From a virus: 64,000 bases of DNA. Below the pieces are notes generated by a model, which did not search any database, had not been told where the DNA came from, and worked only from the letters and a program-made list of their open reading frames with translations. Both the position numbers and the translations under genes were made by a program. Below, piece after piece: positions 56,417-64,000 of this stretch. The DNA lies in the IMG/VR virus record IMGVR_UViG_3300006735_000001, positions 32,001-96,000 of that record; one strand, 5' to 3'. Every line of letters starts with the position of its first letter. Positions within the stretch are counted from its first letter, which is position 1.

Positions 56417-58963
56417 TTATAACATTTCTATATCAGCACCAGCAGCTATTAATTTAGCTAACATTGCCGGCCCTACATTTACAGTTTGACTATTTATACT
56501 ACCACCTCTTTTTGATGTTCTGGTTGATCCTTGATTTAAAAATAAACCAGTAGTTGCATCATCCTCTGAACCAAACATAGAATCATTTACTGATAAACCT
56601 TTACCTTTAATAAAAGGAGGAGCTTGTACATTAAACTGGCTATCTGCACCAGTTTGATTAAATAGATTTACATATGCATCATCTTTATCCTTATCACCAA
56701 AAATTACATCATTTACTACACTTGAACCTACAACACCAAACGCACCCACATCCTCAAAAGTTTTCATAGCATTACTATTATATACATCTTTTGCTAAACC
56801 ACTTAAAGATGTATCAGGATTAAAAGTAAACTTTGCTGGATTAATATTTTGACCAGGATTTACTTGTGCTAGTTGTTGATCTGTTTGATTATTCAAACTA
56901 TCTACTATTGCTTGATTATTTTCTTCTAATGGTGTAGAACCTAAATCTGGAAACCTATTTTGTAAAAATGCATCTGCTACATCTTGTGTATCTTGCATAT
57001 AGTTTGTCATTCCTTGATTATTAAATAATGCGGAAAAGTCAATATTGGTTTGTGCTTTAGGTAAGTCATTACCACCATACTTTCTTTTCATTATTTTATC
57101 TTGTACAAAGTCAGGTAATGCACGGAATCCTTCATTATCTGGTTCACCACCTTTTTCAGCTTTATTCATAGATGCTTTAATAGCTGCATCTTTTCTTGCT
57201 AAATATACATCTTCTCCTTTAGGTCCACCATATTTCATATAACCCATCTTGTTACGTACTTGTCTTGGTAACTTACGTAAACCTTTACCTTTTTTTCCTG
57301 ATGGTGTTTGTTTTAGTTGACCACCAAATTTTACTTCTTCTTCTATTTCTTCTACCTTAACATCTTCTATGTTAATAGGAGTATCTACATCATCAGTAAT
57401 AATATTTTTAAGAGCCTTCTGCTCTTCAGCTTTACTACGTTTTTTTTCATAGTAATTTCTATATAGTTTTCCTATGCCACTACCTATATCATCTCCTAGT
57501 CCATCAAAGAAAGGTACTGCATCATCATTTATAAAACTCTTTACATCTTGCCCTATATTTTTTGCGTTTTCTTTTTGAGTATTTAACCAATTATTAAAGT
57601 TTGCTCTTTTATTTGCTGGTATGTTAGATAAATCAAAATTAGAAAATACACTAGGATCTATATCAGTACCTGCTTTAAGACTTTCATTTATATAATCTTG
57701 TATAGCTTTTTGATTAGCTGGAGATACATCTATCTCAAAATCAACAGATCCTCTGGTAACTCTATCAATATCATTTAAATTTTTCTTTTTTCTCCAATCT
57801 CTAAATGTACCATCTGCAGCACCGTCACCATTTTTATCATCAGAACCAAAAAACATATCATTGGTATTACTTAAAAAGTTATAAATTCTTCCTAAGTTAT
57901 TCATAGAGTTGTCTGGAACAGGGTTGTATTTATAACCTTTTTTTGATGCATCTCCTGGTTCTTGTTCATATAAAATACTACCATCTAATGCTTTTACATA
58001 ACCGTCAGATATATTAGGTCCAAAAAATTTAGAGTAATCTATATCATTTAAATTCTTAAATGTAGAATTGAAAGCACCTGCACCGGTTGTACCCTGAGTA
58101 CCTTGAGTACCAGCAATAACATCATCAATCATACTATTAGATTGTCTGTCAGTATTAGAGTTATTTCTATTAGCACTTGAAATACCAAATGCATTACCCA
58201 ATGCTTCAAAAGCAGCCGCATATTTTGGATCTAAATCAGGACGTTTTGCATATACATCTTCTGTATCTTGTTTGTAATCTGTTTTTCCTTGATACTTATC
58301 AGTATACTGCTGAGGAGTAAGACTCTTAATAAAGTCCATATTTATATTAAACTGAGCTTTAGGTAACCCTTCACCACCTTCTTCTCTTTTAAACTTAGCA
58401 GCATTCTTTGCAAAATTAGCCATCTTTACAACAGCAGGAGAATATTTCTCCTTATTTGCCATAACCTTCTTAGCAGCTTCTTGAACGCCCATACCACGTG
58501 CTTTAGCCCATCTAGTAAACTTACCTCTATTTTTCTTTTTAATTTCTATACCTGATTTAGCTTCATCCATCATTGGATCTATTTCGTCTAACACAGGTAA
58601 CTTATCTTGATCACTTTCTATATATTGCTCTCTACTAAGTTCTTGAGGATTTTGATTTATTTCTTCTCCTGTTGGATCAGCAGGTCTCTGCATCTTTTCA
58701 ACATTCTTAAATATAATCATTATGTCTTCTTCTTGCATTCCAGATACCATCATTGCTTGTGCAAGACTTTGTTGGTCTACCTGCTTCTCCATTAACATCA
58801 TTACAACTTCTTCAGGTTTTTTACCTTGTTGTATAGACATCATAAAAAAATCACTTATTTGTTTAATTTGTGGATCAACTTGTGGTGGATTTGGTTGCAT
58901 ACCTGGTTGCTCAGGAATCATCTGTCCACCTTGTTGTTTTAAACTTTTTTTGTTTAGATGCAT
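56417..58963 (-). CDS. modular low-complexity virion protein with about 8 xxGG motifs
   Basis: KQQGG, REEGG, KFGG, KYGG x2, EKGG, KRGG; LPKAQ x2; basic IKKKNRGKFT...ANFAKNA module. Confidence 0.65.
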   Translation of the reverse strand: MHLNKKSLKQQGGQMIPEQPGMQPNPPQVDPQIKQISDFFMMSIQQGKKPEEVVMMLMEKQVDQQSLAQAMMVSGMQEEDIMIIFKNVEKMQRPADPTGEEINQNPQELSREQYIESDQDKLPVLDEIDPMMDEAKSGIEIKKKNRGKFTRWAKARGMGVQEAAKKVMANKEKYSPAVVKMANFAKNAAKFKREEGGEGLPKAQFNINMDFIKSLTPQQYTDKYQGKTDYKQDTEDVYAKRPDLDPKYAAAFEALGNAFGISSANRNNSNTDRQSNSMIDDVIAGTQGTQGTTGAGAFNSTFKNLNDIDYSKFFGPNISDGYVKALDGSILYEQEPGDASKKGYKYNPVPDNSMNNLGRIYNFLSNTNDMFFGSDDKNGDGAADGTFRDWRKKKNLNDIDRVTRGSVDFEIDVSPANQKAIQDYINESLKAGTDIDPSVFSNFDLSNIPANKRANFNNWLNTQKENAKNIGQDVKSFINDDAVPFFDGLGDDIGSGIGKLYRNYYEKKRSKAEEQKALKNIITDDVDTPINIEDVKVEEIEEEVKFGGQLKQTPSGKKGKGLRKLPRQVRNKMGYMKYGGPKGEDVYLARKDAAIKASMNKAEKGGEPDNEGFRALPDFVQDKIMKRKYGGNDLPKAQTNIDFSALFNNQGMTNYMQDTQDVADAFLQNRFPDLGSTPLEENNQAIVDSLNNQTDQQLAQVNPGQNINPAKFTFNPDTSLSGLAKDVYNSNAMKTFEDVGAFGVVGSSVVNDVIFGDKDKDDAYVNLFNQTGADSQFNVQAPPFIKGKGLSVNDSMFGSEDDATTGLFLNQGSTRTSKRGGSINSQTVNVGPAMLAKLIAAGADIEML

Positions 58964-58981
58964 TTTGCTAGAGTTATATTA

Positions 58982-58991
58982 ATAATATACA
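58982..58991 (-). promoter_or_regulatory. putative late promoter motif TGTATATTAT
   Basis: Third exact copy, 19 bp upstream of the ATG at 58963. Confidence 0.55.
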
Positions 58992-59023
58992 AATAATTAA
59001 GGAATTTCACTAATCTTTTAGGT

Positions 59024-62000
59024 TTAAGAATTTCCTATGACATGTGTCATAACATAATTAGGTATAGACATATTTGCTAATTTAGCTGATTTATAATTCT
59101 TCCTATTAAGTTTATCATATACTCTTTGAGCTTGTTCTTTTGAACCTCCTTCTTTATATATACCCTTAATGTAGTTTGTATAAATTTTATTCATAGATCT
59201 TAAAGGGCCTCCTTTTTGTTTAAAATATTCTATAATATCATTATACTTAGGATTAATAATAATATTTTCAAACTCATCATTAAATTTAGAGTCCTTCCTC
59301 TTTAAGATTTTATTAATATAATCACTTGATTCATTATTTATAGAGTCTGTCCAATCTGTAGAATTATATATATCTATACCTTTATTTTTTAATTTTGTTA
59401 TTGAATTTTTTGCACCAGTTGGACCAGCATTATATGCAAATAAAATTTTAGCCAAAACAGATTCATCATTACCTTGATTTAAATAAGGTCGTTCACTTAA
59501 ATAGTTCATCCATTTTTTTTGTGCTGGGATAGCCTGATTTATATCATATGGATCAAAATCATCACCTACTATTTTTAAACGTTGCATTTCTTCAATAGTT
59601 ATAGGTGTAAATTGTGCAACACCTTTAGCATCCTTTTTAGATGTAGCATTTGCATTAAAAGATGATTCTTTAAATAATTGTCTTAATAATAAATCATTAC
59701 TTATAATTGGTGCACTGTTCTTTGTAATAATTTGTGCTCTGCTTGGTGTAGAAACGGGACCTCCTTCTTGATATTTCTTTTGTTTTATATTTAAATACTT
59801 AGAATTCTTTAATGCATTCCGTGTATAGGCATCTCTATTAGGATCACTACTACTAGTTCCTGCATATAATCTTGGTAAATCTTCTATGGCTACATTACCA
59901 CCTTCTCTGTTATTACGCAAGTATGCTAAAATACCTACTGTACCTAATGCAGCTTTTTTTGGATCATCAAAGTCTTCACCACTTGTTATACCTAAACTAG
60001 CTAATGATTTTACTAACTCAGGTTCCTTTAGTATTTGACCCCATCTAACTTGTGTTAATCCCATACTAGCATTATTAGGATCAGATATACCTACATTATC
60101 AAGTAAATTATTTACATTTCTTTCTGCTTTATAGTCTGCACTTCCTCTAGGTCCTATTTTTAAACTATCAGGTAAATCTAAATTATCAATAGCTTTATCA
60201 TAAAGAGATGATCCAAATTTTAGACCAGCTCTTACAGTATTACCTATTGCACTATGTGTATCTCCAAAACCTGTTTCATTTCCAAATATACCAAAAGCTA
60301 ATCCCGCTAAATCATTATATACATCACCATTAACTTTTAAATTTTTCATTACAAGTTGTTTATTATCTTGCAGTGACTTAGCAAAAGGTACTACTGTATT
60401 ATTGTATTCTTCATCATCGTCACCAAAAAAATCAGTTTCATTAAATTGATCTTCTTTAAATTTATCATCTATAGATACTTGTATAGGTTTATAGTTTAAA
60501 GTATTAACGGTTCTATTTATTCCTTGCCCTTTTTGTATATTACCTCTATCATCTTCATATTCTAAATAATCATTTCTTTTAGAACCAGCCTTAAAATTTA
60601 ATTGACCATTTTCAAATACAAACTTATTTCCCTCATCTTCTGGTAGTATAAATACTTCAGAGCTTTGTTGCAAATAATCTGTCAATACATTTAAACTGCC
60701 TTGATTACATCTTATGCAACCATTAGATACTCTACTGTTATCATCATCAATATATCCTGCATGAAGTGAGGTTCCTACATTTTGACCAGATTCATTAGAT
60801 AAATTAAAGCTAGGTAAATCCATATAACCAGCTCTGTTTATATTAGATATTTTATATCTTCCTGCTCCTGTCATTTTATTACCAGCTGACCAATCAATAT
60901 TATCTGGTGATATTTCATCTTGACTAATAGTACCATCTTGATTTATATCTACATATTTTGTAACTGTTTGAGCATCACCCATAACTGCACCTAAATCTAC
61001 AGGAGCACTATAAATAGGTTCATTTGGATTATTACCTGGCTCATAGACATGCATCAATCCGGATTGTTTATCTACTATTACATAAGGTTTATTATTATTT
61101 GATTGATTCTGAAAGTTAACAATCAAATCAGCTTGACTCATTTTATTAAATTCATTAGCCCTATTTTTTACATCAGCAATATCTTCATACTCATCTATAT
61201 CTACAACATCAGTAGAACTATATGGACTAGCAACCAATTCATTTTGAACTTGTATATCTTGTGCTTCTCTTTGTCTTAATCCAGCATTTGTCATATCTTC
61301 ATCAGATGGATTAAACTCTTCACCTTTTAGATTTGTTCCATAGTTTTTATTATTATAATTAAATATTTTATTAGGACCATAGTAATCTCTTGCTATTCTA
61401 AATGCAGAATTAAAATCTTGTGCACCATTAATTCTATCATCAACTTCTACTACACTTAATGTAGAAAGAGGTGTATCAGCAGTATTAGATGGAGGTAAAT
61501 TAGTAGATGGCGTAGGTTTAAATTTATTAGGATTATCTAATAACTCTGATCTTAACTTCATATTTACATCATAACTACCATCAGTTAATCCTTGTTCTTT
61601 AGCAGCTGACCATGGAGTTCCAGTAACATTTTCCCAAATATCACTTACTGCACCACCTTGTTGTGCTTTAGGTAATGTTTTAATCTTACCGTTCTCAGTT
61701 CTAGCATATCTATTATTTTCATTTTCCATGCTAGGAATGAGTGTGCCTGAATAAGTTTTACCTTTCCATTGCCAGCTTACTGATCCACCTTCTTTAAAAC
61801 CTAATTTGTTTTTCCAGTAATTTGGTATATTTTTAATACCTTCCATAGAGATGTCTATATCATTAATGGGAATACCAGTCATCTCTGCAAAACTATCAAC
61901 ATCAGAAAGCCCCTCAACCTGAGGAATAAATTGAGCTCTTTCATTATATAATCCTTTTAATACATTTGGTATTGTTCCTTCTGGTAGATTATCATATATA

Positions 62001-64000
62001 TCTTTTATATCATTACCTAGTTTACCTAATCTATTTTTTGCCATTTGAACTCTACCTGTACCAGGTTTATCACCACCAGGAAGAACATCTGATAAAAATA
62101 CATCAAGATCAGCCAATGTTTTATTTCCTAATCTTTCAAAATATGCAGGATTATTTCTATTTTTTATTGCTTTTATTGCTGTAGGATTTTGTAATACTGT
62201 TTCTACTGCATTATTTATTTCATTTCTATCTAAACCATCTAAATAATTTGTGAGAAGATTAATGGTGTCACCACTAAGATCTACTTTTGCTTCTTCTTTT
62301 ACTAATTTTGCTAACCCATCAAATCTACTTGTCCTTTTTCCTTTTACACTTCCTGGAACTATTTTATCACTATAATTTTCTAAAATATTATCCATAACAA
62401 AATTAGGATCAGTAATACCCCCTCTACTATTTTCTGGTGAATTAGGATCCATACCTAAGGCCAAACATACTCCAGTAGCACAATTAGAATCTAAAAAGTC
62501 ATAATTATATATGCTGTTATCCTCCAATGATAAAGGAAGTTTAGTTGTGTTCATTCTTAAATTACTATGAATAGAACTTCTTTCAGTACCTTCAAATAAT
62601 TGTGCTTGATCTACAAAACCTTTTATTTCTTCATCAGATAAATCTAAATCTAAAACTCTTACCTCATTTTTCCCTTTATAATCTTTTTCACTAACACGCT
62701 TATTTCCTGAACCAGTTGACCATCTATTTACACGGCCAACTAAATCAGTACCAGGTATTTGATTTACTTGATCACCTGTATCAGTATTAATTAGTACAGC
62801 TTCAATATGTCCAGGACTAAACTTTTTACTTCCATAAGGATATTGTATAACTCTTACATTATATTTTGAATAATCTATTTCTTTACCGTCTTGAGCCATA
62901 TTCCAACTTACTAAACCACCTTCTTTTTGTTGGTTTAATCCCGCTGCTCCTATAATAGCTGGAGGTGCAATAGCAGGAAAAGCTTTATTATTCATTAATT
63001 TAGATAACTTTGGATATGTTGAAGGATCTAAAAAATCTAATAATCTAGTATTACTAAAAAAACTATCTGAAAATCCAGGATTCTTCTCAATTAAACCAGC
63101 AGGTCTTGCAGAAAAACTTTTTTTTGCTGCATTTAATATGCTAGGGGTTATTTCATCATATATGTTATTTATTAAACCCCTCTCTAGCATACTTCTCCTT
63201 AGTTCAACAGCAAAAGGTATAGGTTCATCTCCTATATATCCTTGTCTAGGGTTAGGACTTCCAGTTGCAAAGTAATCATAGTCACTTGTTAATTGTTTAC
63301 TTCCAGTATTGATCTTAGCTTTGTTCAAACCAAAACCAGTACCAGAAGACAAATCTAATTTAGTATTAACTAAATCGTTAGGTTTAAGTACTCTGAATTC
63401 ATCACTCAAACCTATAGGTCTGTTAGCATTAAATAAATGTCCAATTTCATGATCTAAAGTAGTATTAAGACTTTTACCACTAAACATAGGGCCTACACCT
63501 ATAGTTCCTTTTCCAGGTTTAAGACCTAATCTAGTTGTAAATGAATAATCTCCTGACATAGGAGAACTTCTATTTACAGTTATTACATCACCCACTGTAC
63601 CTCCAGCACCTGGATTCCTAAAATATGCATTAGTAAATAAACCTTGATTTTCACTTATAAAATTTTTTGCTATATCATAGTATTCACTAGAAGGATTTCC
63701 TGCACCATCATTAAACATATTACGTGCATGATGATTAATGGTATTTCCTTTTAAATTTGATAATTCTTGATATCTAGCTAATGCTGCTGATTGAGCTGCA
63801 TCATCTAATGTAGTACCTGCTGGCGGAACATAACCAGATGCTTTTAAATGATTTAACTCTTGATTTGCTAGTCTATTAAAACCTTCTGATCCAGGTTTAA
63901 TCTCATCTAGTCTCATTGTTATAAAATTATCTATTTCATCAGCATTTCTACCTAACATTTCTAAACCATCTGTTAGATCAGGATTACTACCAGGTGTAGC
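59024..64000 (-). CDS. multi-enzyme polyprotein (zincin, permuted papain-like, L,D-transpeptidase, lysozyme-like, SLT transglycosylase); 5'-truncated
   Basis: HEIGH; GHIEA...YDFLDSNC; VDK...SLHAG...SNGCIR; NETGFG...SMGLTQV; KESSF...AKGVAQF...AYNAGP; frame open to the window end. Confidence 0.8.
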   Translation of the reverse strand, partial: ATPGSNPDLTDGLEMLGRNADEIDNFITMRLDEIKPGSEGFNRLANQELNHLKASGYVPPAGTTLDDAAQSAALARYQELSNLKGNTINHHARNMFNDGAGNPSSEYYDIAKNFISENQGLFTNAYFRNPGAGGTVGDVITVNRSSPMSGDYSFTTRLGLKPGKGTIGVGPMFSGKSLNTTLDHEIGHLFNANRPIGLSDEFRVLKPNDLVNTKLDLSSGTGFGLNKAKINTGSKQLTSDYDYFATGSPNPRQGYIGDEPIPFAVELRRSMLERGLINNIYDEITPSILNAAKKSFSARPAGLIEKNPGFSDSFFSNTRLLDFLDPSTYPKLSKLMNNKAFPAIAPPAIIGAAGLNQQKEGGLVSWNMAQDGKEIDYSKYNVRVIQYPYGSKKFSPGHIEAVLINTDTGDQVNQIPGTDLVGRVNRWSTGSGNKRVSEKDYKGKNEVRVLDLDLSDEEIKGFVDQAQLFEGTERSSIHSNLRMNTTKLPLSLEDNSIYNYDFLDSNCATGVCLALGMDPNSPENSRGGITDPNFVMDNILENYSDKIVPGSVKGKRTSRFDGLAKLVKEEAKVDLSGDTINLLTNYLDGLDRNEINNAVETVLQNPTAIKAIKNRNNPAYFERLGNKTLADLDVFLSDVLPGGDKPGTGRVQMAKNRLGKLGNDIKDIYDNLPEGTIPNVLKGLYNERAQFIPQVEGLSDVDSFAEMTGIPINDIDISMEGIKNIPNYWKNKLGFKEGGSVSWQWKGKTYSGTLIPSMENENNRYARTENGKIKTLPKAQQGGAVSDIWENVTGTPWSAAKEQGLTDGSYDVNMKLRSELLDNPNKFKPTPSTNLPPSNTADTPLSTLSVVEVDDRINGAQDFNSAFRIARDYYGPNKIFNYNNKNYGTNLKGEEFNPSDEDMTNAGLRQREAQDIQVQNELVASPYSSTDVVDIDEYEDIADVKNRANEFNKMSQADLIVNFQNQSNNNKPYVIVDKQSGLMHVYEPGNNPNEPIYSAPVDLGAVMGDAQTVTKYVDINQDGTISQDEISPDNIDWSAGNKMTGAGRYKISNINRAGYMDLPSFNLSNESGQNVGTSLHAGYIDDDNSRVSNGCIRCNQGSLNVLTDYLQQSSEVFILPEDEGNKFVFENGQLNFKAGSKRNDYLEYEDDRGNIQKGQGINRTVNTLNYKPIQVSIDDKFKEDQFNETDFFGDDDEEYNNTVVPFAKSLQDNKQLVMKNLKVNGDVYNDLAGLAFGIFGNETGFGDTHSAIGNTVRAGLKFGSSLYDKAIDNLDLPDSLKIGPRGSADYKAERNVNNLLDNVGISDPNNASMGLTQVRWGQILKEPELVKSLASLGITSGEDFDDPKKAALGTVGILAYLRNNREGGNVAIEDLPRLYAGTSSSDPNRDAYTRNALKNSKYLNIKQKKYQEGGPVSTPSRAQIITKNSAPIISNDLLLRQLFKESSFNANATSKKDAKGVAQFTPITIEEMQRLKIVGDDFDPYDINQAIPAQKKWMNYLSERPYLNQGNDESVLAKILFAYNAGPTGAKNSITKLKNKGIDIYNSTDWTDSINNESSDYINKILKRKDSKFNDEFENIIINPKYNDIIEYFKQKGGPLRSMNKIYTNYIKGIYKEGGSKEQAQRVYDKLNRKNYKSAKLANMSIPNYVMTHVIGNS

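Noticed and set aside
19280-62184. Numerous 60-140-aa plus-strand ORFs opposite late genes (e.g. 22448..22879, 32495..32848, 38778..39080)
   Set aside because: Antisense shadows of long, motif-bearing genes; S/L/I/F-rich composition with no motifs
1-64000. Stop-codon reassignment, DGR, introns/inteins, tRNAs and CRISPR arrays as seen in some crAss-like phages
   Set aside because: Genes are intact in code 11 with TAG and TGA used as stops; no reverse transcriptase, intein motifs, cloverleaf or spaced repeats were recognised by eye (tRNAscan not run)

Overview
AT-rich, densely coded phage DNA in the standard genetic code, most consistent with a crAss-like (Crassvirales-related) phage of a Bacteroidota/Flavobacteriia host. 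Evidence for this: a giant virion RNA polymerase gene in a trio of giant genes, PolB, primase, MoxR-vWA, TAnnTTTG-type promoters, and signal peptides followed by Gln. 1-19113 (+) is a replication/repair module: UNG, DnaB, Sak4-like ATPase, SSB, primase, RusA-like resolvase, vWA-peptidase/MoxR plus two BRCT-like paralogues, PD-(D/E)xK nuclease, PolB and a spore-photoproduct-lyase-like radical SAM enzyme. 19114-64000 (-) is a virion/late module: tail fibres, holin, small basic proteins, a cell-envelope cassette with a predicted outer-membrane beta-barrel, three giant injected proteins including a 4769-aa RNAP, and three modular proteins punctuated by a recurring (K/Q)xGG / LPKAQ motif. An nrdBA island on the + strand interrupts this module. 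The most striking candidate new system is the GG-punctuated polyprotein set. In the >1644-aa protein these motifs fall between recognisable enzyme blocks (zincin, permuted papain-like protease, L,D-transpeptidase with a lysozyme-like domain, and an SLT domain), which suggests proteolytically processed polyproteins. No capsid, portal, terminase, tRNA, CRISPR or integrase was recognised. All assignments come from motifs read by eye; no searches were run.
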